This document shows, piece by piece, positions 19,757 to 29,593 of a DNA stretch of 38,692 nucleotides; position 1 is the first letter of the stretch, and every line of letters begins with the position of its first letter. The stretch spans positions 1 through 38,692 of the forward strand of contig MRSU01010621.1 in NCBI GenBank assembly GCA_008369845.1, read 5' to 3'. The position numbers and the translations under genes were made by a program. The notes under the pieces are model-generated. The model ran no database searches, was not told where the DNA came from, and saw only the letters and a program-made list of their open reading frames with translations. The stretch comes from Trichomonas gallinae. Taxonomy: Eukaryota.

Positions 19757-20430
19757 CTTTTTTTATTATTATATATTTTCAATGTGAATGTTTTGAGAGC
19801 AGAAAAATTTTGATGTAAAATTAAATTCGGAGTCTAAAAATATTTTGCTGGTTAATCAGGGCTCAATGGAACGGGATTTCTCCGTAAAAATTAGGATTTA
19901 ATTAAACGATATAGTTCTATATAATCTACACGCCAAAAATTGATTTTACGTGTCAAATAAATATTTATACCAGTGTTTCTCCCTGTGTTATGCCAAAGGT
20001 AGCGAACTTGATAAATAAATAAAAAAAAAAGACATTATTAGGGAACTATTGTCTAAGCATTACTGCCGTATACTGAGATATCTAAGTGACATTCTAATGA
20101 AGCAAAAATCAAAGCTGTTTCATCATTTTTTTTTTTTTTTTTGCATCTGTGTGTTAACATTCTTTATTAGATAAGTTTTACAAATCGCTATGAGCATTTA
20201 TTAAGAAATATTTTCATTTTATGTATATTCCATACCACTTTTTTTTTGTTTTTTACCCCCATAACTCAGATCACCATGAAGTTAGTTTTTTTCTAAGTTC
20301 ATGTATTAACTTTTGAATTTTACTGAAGATTATACGTGGATATATTCCAACTTTATGTCATGATATAGATAAATACATAATTTTAAAACATAAACAAAAC
20401 AAAAAAATATAATATAAAAAACAAATAAAA

Positions 20431-21756
20431 TCATTCTTGGGTTATGTCATGCGGCTCTCCGATGAGATCTTCGATGTGCGCTGATGCAGCAACAAGTTTT
20501 GCGCGTGCATAGTCGAAACTAGGACTTAAACCTGAATGCGGGGTGTATGTGTCGACGAATTCAGCGAGCTTCTGAAGGTTGCTCACACATGATGAGAAAA
20601 CTACAGCCAAAAACAAGCCAAAAGTGACTTCGAATGGAAAAATTAATGTGTTGTTTTTATCATAGTGAGAAGCGCATTTCTCTATTTCTGTAACCGTATC
20701 ACTGATGATGCCAATGATGTCGAATGGATTTGAGTAGAAAAGAACTTCTTCGAATTTCGAAATCGCAACGCGATAGAATGGATCGAAATAAAACACCTCG
20801 ACAGGATATTTTTTAACATCACACTCTGGACAGAACTCTAGTGGAAGCATAAGCTGCTCTATTGTAAATAATTTCCATAATGGCCGATTATTGATGTTTT
20901 CAGGGGCTTCAATGAAATATCTGTTAGTTGGATATAATTCGGCGAATAGAAATCTGTATAGTAAAAATGTAACTGCTGATTCAGCGTTTGGAAGCGAAAT
21001 ATTTAAGAAATCTAAAATAGCTGATTCTAATTCAATAACTAAGTTGCAAAACAACTCTCCATTAGATACATAAAACGAATCAATAGCTTTTGATATCGAA
21101 TCTGCAAATGGAAAATTTTCGGCCATAATCAATTCTTCAAATGTTGATTGTATTGATGAATATGGCGTAAAAAACGAACTAGTATCAACTAATTTAGATT
21201 GTTGTCTTATAATGTTTGCCAATCTAGATGAAGCATCTTCGATAGACAATTGTTTTGGTAATAATTGTTGCAATTTTGCATAAATTGATTTATACAATTT
21301 GTGTAATTTCTTAACCTTAGATGATTCTTCTAATATATCTGAAAAAAGAGTTGCATCATCGATATATAATAACAAATGAACATCACTTGGCTTGTTTCTT
21401 TGAAGAATTTCGATAGTTTTAGCAACAGTTTTGAGAGATTGTGTGTGTTTCTTCTTCTGAATTCTAAATATTTTGTCTTCTAGAAATAATAATTGATGAT
21501 ATAAAAAATGCGGCTTATTACTAAGCATATTATAGTACGGTGTCACTCTTTTTCTCTTAACAGGCTTCGCTACAAGATTAAAATTGTAAAAAGATGTTAA
21601 TTTACTAATCTGCATTTGATAAATCGAATCAATACTACCAGAAGGTAGAGTCAATGACGGACCATTCGTTTCATTGCCTTGTTGTATGAATGTTATATAC
21701 TTAGAAATATCAGGTGGTAGTTGCAAATCTTGGATTTGGTCCCCCAAAGATTTCAT
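20431..21756 (-). CDS. Hypothetical protein with possible divergent VPS9-like C-terminal domain
   Basis: 441-aa ORF. NPFDIIGIISD...IE, FPFEVTFGLFLAVV and FDYARAKLVAA..HI resemble the VPS9 helix layout; the domain call is tentative. Confidence 0.6.
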   Translation of the reverse strand: MKSLGDQIQDLQLPPDISKYITFIQQGNETNGPSLTLPSGSIDSIYQMQISKLTSFYNFNLVAKPVKRKRVTPYYNMLSNKPHFLYHQLLFLEDKIFRIQKKKHTQSLKTVAKTIEILQRNKPSDVHLLLYIDDATLFSDILEESSKVKKLHKLYKSIYAKLQQLLPKQLSIEDASSRLANIIRQQSKLVDTSSFFTPYSSIQSTFEELIMAENFPFADSISKAIDSFYVSNGELFCNLVIELESAILDFLNISLPNAESAVTFLLYRFLFAELYPTNRYFIEAPENINNRPLWKLFTIEQLMLPLEFCPECDVKKYPVEVFYFDPFYRVAISKFEEVLFYSNPFDIIGIISDTVTEIEKCASHYDKNNTLIFPFEVTFGLFLAVVFSSCVSNLQKLAEFVDTYTPHSGLSPSFDYARAKLVAASAHIEDLIGEPHDITQE

Positions 21757-22527
21757 TTTTTGGATTTTGATCCGAATACATTAATCTTATTTTGTTCTAT
21801 TGTTCGACTCATTTTTTGTTGTAAATACTAAATATGAGTGAATCATATAAAAAAAATTAAAGTTCGAAATCAGAAATTTATTTTATCTGAAATTATCTCC
21901 GCCCTCAAATCTATATCATCAATACAGTCAATTAAACACATTTTCATCAAAAAATCTTGAAATTTCGTAATAATTTGTTCGGAATAAAACTTTAATATTC
22001 TATTTCTAACTTTAAATTAAATATTTAGCTATATTCAATTGAATAACTTAGATTTATAAGCATAAAACAAAAAATATCAAATAAATTCCAATAAATAAAG
22101 GCCTTATAACCCAGAACTGCATAGATGTTTTGCTCCTAACTTTGGCAATAGGTTATAAAGTGATAAGAGGATCTATTGATAGATTTACTAATAAATATAA
22201 CTCTTTAAAAGATTCAAGATAAAATATTCATTAACAGGGCCCTCATAGTCTATATATGAATTATATGAATTAAAAATAAATGCATTTATAGAATTTTACA
22301 TATTGAAAAATCAATTTTTCAAATGAGGATGCTTTATTACATACATGTATAACATGCAGTTCCAATCATGGTATAATACAAACAATATAATAATAACTAA
22401 TATAAACTGTACTACAATATATGGATGAGAAAAATGTTTGTGATAACTCATAGAAAAATTCTATGAGTTCTATTCAAATATTGTCACTTTTCACAAAATT
22501 TTGGTATAATTAAATACTCATGAAAAG

Positions 22528-24387
22528 TTATAGGTCATCAGTGAAATATGTATAAATTTCAACATCTTTTGTTGCACTAAATGATGGGTTGTCTGTAACA
22601 CGATATGCTACATGGCCATATTTCTCGAACACCTTATTTTGATCGACAAAATTAAAAGACTGTTGCCAAATATAAGGTGATTTTTGTAGATGTTTCGATG
22701 GAAGATTTCCTCTGCAGAACATTTCCTGCATCTCTATGTCTTTGTATATGATGGAAACGGACTTCTTCTTTCCTGTGCTTTGGGATTCGCCAAATATTTT
22801 AATGAGCGGAGGAACTTTAAACGAATAAAATGATAATGCGAAAATATATGGATCATTGATACCATTGAACACTTTGAACATCGTTTTTGAAGCGCCAAAC
22901 ATTCCATCAAGTCCATTGCCTATCAGCTCAGATATTGAAAATATTGACGAAAGATTGTGCAATGCAATGCGAGATTCTATTTTCCTGTTTTCTTTAAGCT
23001 TTGTAAAATTCACGCTTTTAACATATTCAACTGGGAAGATGTGCATAGACATAGGTGTGAGGAGCTGTCTTTCAATAGCGATGAAGAACGAATAGGAAGG
23101 ATAAAAGTCAACATCAGAAATGAATATATATTCGCCTTCTGAAATCCATGTTGCTAAATTCATCAAATATTCGTTGTTATTGTCGAGTTTTCTTTTCATT
23201 AACTCTTTGTAGAATTTAGATTTAATGGAATATATCTTGAGTCGTGATTTAACATTTGTATTATTGGTAATTTGTTCAAATAAATTTGAAATTTGATTAT
23301 TATTCGAATTATAACATAAAAGCAAAATTTCTAATGGAACATCAACTAATTCGTCTAGAATTTCTTCGTAGTAATTGAAAATATCAACAGTTTTACGGAC
23401 TTCATCATATTCATTAAGCTTAAGAATAAATACAACAGATGCATAAGGTTTCATAGACTCGTTATGGTGCTCATCCATCCAATCATATATTTCTTGTATG
23501 CTTTTAGCATTGTTTTTATCAATTGTGATGTTTAATAAAGGTTTATAAAATTCATTTTCTGGATATTGTAATTCATTATATGACTCAACTTTACGAGGTG
23601 TACTTTCATTTTTGACGTATCTTATAATAAATCGCGCGCTACTTAATGCAGATCCAAAGTGTTCTGTGTAATTTCTAAGCGATAATGTAATATTTTTAGT
23701 GCCTAATTTGTAATAATATACATCTTTATACGTTTCTGAAACATTACCTGAGAGATATTGTAATCCATAATGCTGATATCGAAAAGATATTTCGTAATTT
23801 TCCCAGCCTTTTGTGTATCCATTATTGATTCTGTATATTCTAACATTTTTATTATAGAATATTTCATTTAAATTCGCTAGTATATAATCTTTTTCCGAAT
23901 TTGTAAATGCAAAATCGATAAATATGATATTTTTGATCGAAATTTGACTAAGCAGTTGATAACTCCAACGATCAAATATATTTATATGCTGACTTTCTTT
24001 TATTTCGATATATGAAATATTTTGTTTTTTTATTTCATGAACTAAAGCTCTTCCAAGAGGTGTATTTGATCCAATAAGAAGTGTTAAGGAGCTGTTCTTG
24101 GTTTCAAGATCTGTATCTAAGTGACAGTATAAATAATTTATGAAATTTTCGTGTGATAAACATTTTGGCAAAATATCATTTGTCTTTCTTTCCTTTATGC
24201 GATCAAAGCATAGATTCGAAAGATTTAATTCTCTGAAACCGATTGAATTTTCTTTTTCGATTTTGATTTCTCCATTATTTGGTTTATATGTTAAAAACAG
24301 GTTGATATACCAACATATAGTTAATATAATGAATATTATTGTTCCTTTTCGGAACCTCGAAAGTTGGAGGCCCGAAAAGGATAACAT
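22528..24387 (-). CDS. Type II membrane protein with a degenerate Rossmann/epimerase-like domain and a GT-A glycosyltransferase-like domain; first ATG 24387
   Basis: N-terminal TM (TIIFIILTICWYINLFL); TLLIGSNTPLGRALV; PYASVVF; NLA..ISEGEYIFISDVDF (DxD). TCATT initiator-like site at 24411-24407. Confidence 0.65.
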   Translation of the reverse strand: MLSFSGLQLSRFRKGTIIFIILTICWYINLFLTYKPNNGEIKIEKENSIGFRELNLSNLCFDRIKERKTNDILPKCLSHENFINYLYCHLDTDLETKNSSLTLLIGSNTPLGRALVHEIKKQNISYIEIKESQHINIFDRWSYQLLSQISIKNIIFIDFAFTNSEKDYILANLNEIFYNKNVRIYRINNGYTKGWENYEISFRYQHYGLQYLSGNVSETYKDVYYYKLGTKNITLSLRNYTEHFGSALSSARFIIRYVKNESTPRKVESYNELQYPENEFYKPLLNITIDKNNAKSIQEIYDWMDEHHNESMKPYASVVFILKLNEYDEVRKTVDIFNYYEEILDELVDVPLEILLLCYNSNNNQISNLFEQITNNTNVKSRLKIYSIKSKFYKELMKRKLDNNNEYLMNLATWISEGEYIFISDVDFYPSYSFFIAIERQLLTPMSMHIFPVEYVKSVNFTKLKENRKIESRIALHNLSSIFSISELIGNGLDGMFGASKTMFKVFNGINDPYIFALSFYSFKVPPLIKIFGESQSTGKKKSVSIIYKDIEMQEMFCRGNLPSKHLQKSPYIWQQSFNFVDQNKVFEKYGHVAYRVTDNPSFSATKDVEIYTYFTDDL

Positions 24388-24653
24388 CCAAAACAACGAA
24401 TACAGCAATGAACACTCATCACATAATATTTTAACTATTTAAGTTGTCTTAATCATAAATTTATAGTTTTTAGAACTCATATATGTCTTTTTAAAATTAT
24501 TCAAATCTTAATGAAACGATAAAGTATGAAATGCTCAATGGATATATGTATTATGTGTGCTATAAGCTTATAAATTTCTCTATTAGGATCCAAACCTTAA
24601 GCAATTAAATTGATTTGAAATTATGAGAGAGAATTTTTATAAACATACAAAAA

Positions 24654-25163
24654 TTAGATAAGTAAACAACACGCGCTATGTGGCGATCTGATTTGGATCT
24701 GTTCTGTAAATGGATCATCTTTTGCACCGACGCGAATATCAAAAGCTGACAATGCGACATCTTTGTAGTGTATTTTGATCGTATCTTTATCAGCAAGATC
24801 GTCAAATTTCTTTTTATATAAATCTTTATCGAAATTTTCAACAGCTAGGTATGCAATTTGTAAGTATTCGTCCTTATTAAGATACATTTCTTTATTTATT
24901 GAGACGCCTCTGTACAAGATTAATAACATTGGTTTATTTTGGAAGTTCGTTTGACTTGATTCGTACAAGTTTCGTATGCTCTGAAATGGTACTCGCTTAT
25001 TCTTCTCTTTTAATCCATTATATGCTACTTCTGCGAATCCATCTTTCGTAGAAATCGGAATATCATGGAGTAATTGGTAAAATTGGGTTTCCGATAGTGC
25101 ACAGTCCGCATCATCATCAAGCTCGTTCAGCTTAACAATAAAATAACTATAATCGAAACCCAT
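24654..25163 (-). CDS. Degenerate EF-hand protein with C-terminal SACCLLI (CaaX-like) tail
   Basis: EF-loop-like DDDADCALSETQF and a second degenerate loop SINKEMYLNKDEY; begins MGFDYS and ends CCLLI. Confidence 0.7.
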   Translation of the reverse strand: MGFDYSYFIVKLNELDDDADCALSETQFYQLLHDIPISTKDGFAEVAYNGLKEKNKRVPFQSIRNLYESSQTNFQNKPMLLILYRGVSINKEMYLNKDEYLQIAYLAVENFDKDLYKKKFDDLADKDTIKIHYKDVALSAFDIRVGAKDDPFTEQIQIRSPHSACCLLI

Positions 25164-26282
25164 CTACAAAAAATTAATTTTTTTTTGAGATGTAACGATT
25201 TTCAAACAAAATTTTTTTTACAAAAAATAAAATGCATAGGAATGATATCTAATATTATTTAACCAAAAAAGAAAAACATGTTTTTGAGATATTTTTGAAC
25301 GTTCATCGCTAATATATTACATATAACGTGAAATTTCTCGAAAAAAAATTTGAGTGTAACAGCCTAGTTTAGAATTTTTTTGGAGTCGTAGAATTTCTTT
25401 GGAACGATGCAGAACCTTCGTTGGTTATCGCTGATGTTAACGTTATTGTTAATAAGATCCTATCAATGCATTTGCTGTATTAAACACCAAAACATTTGTC
25501 CCGTTATTTGTTTTCATAATTTGAAAAACAACAAAGACAGCCATCGTTAAAATTGGTCACGTCTACTAAAATTGTGTGATTCATACGGCCAAGAATATGC
25601 TTAAGATAACATAATCGTGCAATCGAATATCGATGATGCCAAATTTAACAGTTGCTGCTATAGAACAATCATACTATAATGTACGGAATTGTTTATGAAA
25701 TAAGATGAAAAATCTAAGAAAAACAATAGTTTGACAAATAAAATCTGATTACGTGTCAATTTCATTTGTTGTGATTTCCATCTGCTATTTTATGTTATAT
25801 ATTAATTTTGTTTGCATCTTTGTGAGAGTTAAGATGAGTATATTAACTATAGCTTAGTTTGGTAACATGATATTTGCATATTTTTGAGAAATGAGATTTC
25901 GATTTCAATTGATACTAGCAGCGAGAACTAACCCTAAAATATTATTAATCAATGTGTGTTAAAGTTCTTTGTACATAAGATCTTACATCAGCGTAGTCTA
26001 TATGATTGATTTGAGAATCGTATTATATTTATATCATTTTCCTGAGGACATTGAATTATATATGAATTTTCCTCAATATATACCAAAGCTCAAGCAATGA
26101 AATTAAATTTTTTTGATCAGATAAAAAAAATTGATATTTTCGAAATTCTCTTCGAAATGATGTATTAATTTGATGTATAGAAGTCATTTTTGTTGCTGGT
26201 TTCGTTGATTGATTTCGAAAATGTCACTTTTCTACCTAGTTGACACTTTTACCTCCTATTTGTCACTTGTTCTCGATAGAAA

Positions 26283-28259
26283 ATGGAAAGACTTTCCAAG
26301 CTTCGGGAACTCGTTCCTGTTGGTTTCTTGAAGACATACAATATAACAGGCCAACAAATAGACGAAATTATAAATAGTGACATTATACAACAGAGAAATA
26401 CGATTATGATGATTGCATCACAACGAAAATATAACAAAATTTCATACATGGAGCATATAGTGAAAGAACTATCAACATATGCAGTTCCCCGAGATCCGTT
26501 TGAGGTGTTTTCGCCTTTACAAGTTCAAACATTTTCGTATTTATTGGAATTTTTATGGGATCAACGCGAAGAAATAGTCAAAAAGATAAAGCTCATATCT
26601 ACGCAAGCTAATTTCCAGTATATTTCATTAGTTTGCTTCCCAATAATTTTCGGATATTTTTCTAATGAATATCTTTGCGAAAGAGCAGCAGATTTTTACA
26701 TAAAAGCTAGCGAATACATTGCACTTCCCGAAATCATCAAGCTCGTTAAAATATTCTTTTCGCTTGATCATGTCTACAGCTTTTCGGATCAACTTTTTCG
26801 CGAAACAATCTGGAGATTTTACCCAAACTTTCCAGATATTGAGTTCATTGCAGATAAAATTTTACTTCATTCGATAAAATTATTAAGACTTTTACCAGAA
26901 GCTCATTTACGATTCCTAAGGCATTTCTATACGGAAGGAAACCAGCAAAGCTTATGGCAAGTTATTATTTCGGTTTTATTATGTCCACAGATTCATTTAC
27001 AGTTTTATTCTTCTCCTCTTTCTATACTGAAACTATCTACTTTCAATATAGATGAATTAGTAGAAGTACTCCTGCAAAAAGGAGAAAAAGAAATTTTAAT
27101 TCCAATTAAATTAGAAAATATGCAGAATTCACTCAACAATACAGCTCCTTTTTATATTAAAGATGGTGCTGGAGCTGCATTAAGGTCTGTTTTGACAGTT
27201 TTCGATGTTCACGAATTAATGACTTTACCGTTAATGTTTCCAGCTCATATGCATTGTGTGAGTGATGTTAACGCAAAAATACAAGTAGATCCACACTTTG
27301 CATTTGTTTCTAGATTCTTTATAGATTATAATCTCGAAGATCATCTTCCACCATTGTTTTTTGATTATTTCATACCGAAGAAACCTGCTGATGAGCTAAC
27401 AAAGATCTGGAACTTAATTAGAAATGAAATTCCAGATCCAGTCGATTTTTTATTAAATCATCGAAAAATCCTTGGTAAATTTTCGAATTTACACGCAAAT
27501 ACAGAGCTTATTAACACAGCTCTTGAAGTAGAGACAGAGCGCCTCGAATTTCAAGGATCAAATTTCGAAAGAATTCTAGAAATGATGCAACTAAGAAATT
27601 TAATATATGGATGGAAGATTAGAGGCACTCATTATCTCAGATTCTTTTCACGAGGACTTGCTTTCGCTGATCAGAATATTCCTCGAAATCTTCAAGAAGC
27701 AATTGATGGCGTGGCAGTAGGTGAGTCACGGTTTTGGAGAGTTATTCAGTATTTTTCAAGTGCTGAATTATTCGCCTTCTCTAATATTAATATAGATATT
27801 TCTAAAATGGAGAGTCGCTTTAAGAATCTGATTGAACGCGAGAGAACATCAGGTGTAGAAATTCCACAGCTAGCAGCCCACAACTTGATATCGAAAATTT
27901 CTTTCTTGGTTACTTCTGTTGATCCAAGATCTTCATTTCTTCAGCGTGTTGTTGTCCTAAATTTTGTATTAGATGCAATACAACAGCTCACTAATTGCAT
28001 AAAGAGCACTGACATAACAGAAAGGAAGAATTTGTTCACTGTTTTTATTATTTCGATTTTCGATATCACGTGGATTCTCAAGACGAGCATATACCTACAT
28101 TCTACACTGTTCAATGGGCCGATTTCATGGGTTGTTCCAGACGAATTCCATCAAAATTGGGGACAATTCATTCCGAGCTTGCTCTCGATGCTGACGAAAG
28201 ATAAGGAACTTCTGTCTAAATTCCTGCTTTTGTCGACAACTCCGATGATTGTTATATAG
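26283..28259 (+). CDS. Hypothetical protein, 658 aa, mostly helical
   Basis: Long uninterrupted ORF, AAAATGG start context, TCACT initiator-like sites upstream; family not recognised. Confidence 0.75.
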   Translation: MERLSKLRELVPVGFLKTYNITGQQIDEIINSDIIQQRNTIMMIASQRKYNKISYMEHIVKELSTYAVPRDPFEVFSPLQVQTFSYLLEFLWDQREEIVKKIKLISTQANFQYISLVCFPIIFGYFSNEYLCERAADFYIKASEYIALPEIIKLVKIFFSLDHVYSFSDQLFRETIWRFYPNFPDIEFIADKILLHSIKLLRLLPEAHLRFLRHFYTEGNQQSLWQVIISVLLCPQIHLQFYSSPLSILKLSTFNIDELVEVLLQKGEKEILIPIKLENMQNSLNNTAPFYIKDGAGAALRSVLTVFDVHELMTLPLMFPAHMHCVSDVNAKIQVDPHFAFVSRFFIDYNLEDHLPPLFFDYFIPKKPADELTKIWNLIRNEIPDPVDFLLNHRKILGKFSNLHANTELINTALEVETERLEFQGSNFERILEMMQLRNLIYGWKIRGTHYLRFFSRGLAFADQNIPRNLQEAIDGVAVGESRFWRVIQYFSSAELFAFSNINIDISKMESRFKNLIERERTSGVEIPQLAAHNLISKISFLVTSVDPRSSFLQRVVVLNFVLDAIQQLTNCIKSTDITERKNLFTVFIISIFDITWILKTSIYLHSTLFNGPISWVVPDEFHQNWGQFIPSLLSMLTKDKELLSKFLLLSTTPMIVI

Positions 28260-28533
28260 ATTTTTATGTTTATTTATAATATATTATTTAAAATTTGTTT
28301 TGTATGTGTTGTTAATCACTCTTATTCTTTATTACTAGAACATATATTTGAATTTGCCTCTTTCTTTATGTTATAACATTAGTCATGATATTTTTATCTG
28401 AATTGCAACAATCATTAAAGTAAAATTTTGAAAAATAGTAACCAAACATAGGACATTAGAAGTGTTCACAGATGAGCTTAATATATATATTTTAATAAAA
28501 ACAAAATTGGATTAAGGTTCCTGATTTTCTTGT

Positions 28534-29295
28534 TCAGGCTGTGAGGGGGGACTGGGTGTATTCGTTTTCTTTGGGTCTGGGTTCAAGAAAAAATTTTGGA
28601 GAGATATTTTCCCAAACTAAATAAGCGCTGACGAATCCAAGGAATAAACCAGCAATGACATCATCTGGATGATGTCTGAAATCTCTTATACGTGTTGCAC
28701 CTACATAAATTCCAAAAAGTGAAAATAAAGTAGCAATTATTATAGATATTGGGCTTGCATACATAAATTTGATAAAGAAAGCTGCCATGAAGATTGATCC
28801 TGACATTGAAGTCGAAGAATGGCCTGATGGCCAGGATTTATATTCCCCTTTTAATATTTTAACTGAACAGTTTGCCATATTGTTTTCACCACCACATCTC
28901 GCGTAAATATCAGGTCTAGGTCTTCCAACATAAGCTTTTGGAATGTTCACAAAAATATTGCACATTGCTATAGTAAAAACAAGTCCCCAGGCAACATGGA
29001 AAAGCTGAAATTCATGGAAGTACTTAGGATAAAACCTGGCGAGGAAGTAGCAACCGATTAATAATACACTGAATCCTCCAAATACGATACAGCATAGTAA
29101 TACGTATGAAAATCCGGAATGGCTAATTGGGAACATCGAATTTGAGTCGTGTGGAGGAATGTATAAATAGTTAGGTTCTAAAGATGAAAGAGCGAGCCAA
29201 ACAGCTATTGTAATAATAGACAATATCATATCTGGAACGTCAATGAATATGAGTATCCTCTTCCATAGAGGATCTCGTTCACTTATTTCCATCAT
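28534..29295 (-). CDS. PAP2 lipid phosphate phosphatase; start ATG29295 or 29292
   Basis: C1 KAYVGRPRP, C2 PSGH, C3 TRIRDFRHHPDD; about 6 TM segments. Confidence 0.92.
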   Translation of the reverse strand: MMEISERDPLWKRILIFIDVPDMILSIITIAVWLALSSLEPNYLYIPPHDSNSMFPISHSGFSYVLLCCIVFGGFSVLLIGCYFLARFYPKYFHEFQLFHVAWGLVFTIAMCNIFVNIPKAYVGRPRPDIYARCGGENNMANCSVKILKGEYKSWPSGHSSTSMSGSIFMAAFFIKFMYASPISIIIATLFSLFGIYVGATRIRDFRHHPDDVIAGLFLGFVSAYLVWENISPKFFLEPRPKENEYTQSPLTA

Positions 29296-29593
29296 TGTAT
29301 TAAAGAACCTTATGAAGTGCCGATCATTCGTCACTTTTAATAATTTTATTTTACACGACAAGATTTATTCTCAAAAATAACTTTACGTGTCAAAATAATA
29401 TTTACAACCTTTCAAATAGTCAGAAATCGAAAAACGTCAAAAAATCAAGTTTACAACTTTTCAAAATGACAAAAAAAAAATTACAACTTTTTAAAGTGTC
29501 AAAAATAATTATTTACATGACAAAAATACGATTTAAATTATATCAGATTATTATTTTATATAAAATACAAATTTATCTAATAAATATATAATA

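Noticed and set aside
20000..20260. Long poly-A/T runs as retroposon tails
   Set aside because: No target-site duplication or recognisable element body; homopolymers are common in this AT-rich DNA.
22100..22160. TTATAACC...GGTTATAA inverted repeat as a snoRNA or MITE
   Set aside because: Short AT-rich arms with no C/D or H/ACA boxes and no second copy in the window.
25370..26100. Possible pseudogene or ncRNA in the long intergenic gap
   Set aside because: No sustained frame, recognisable motif or convincing structure found by eye.
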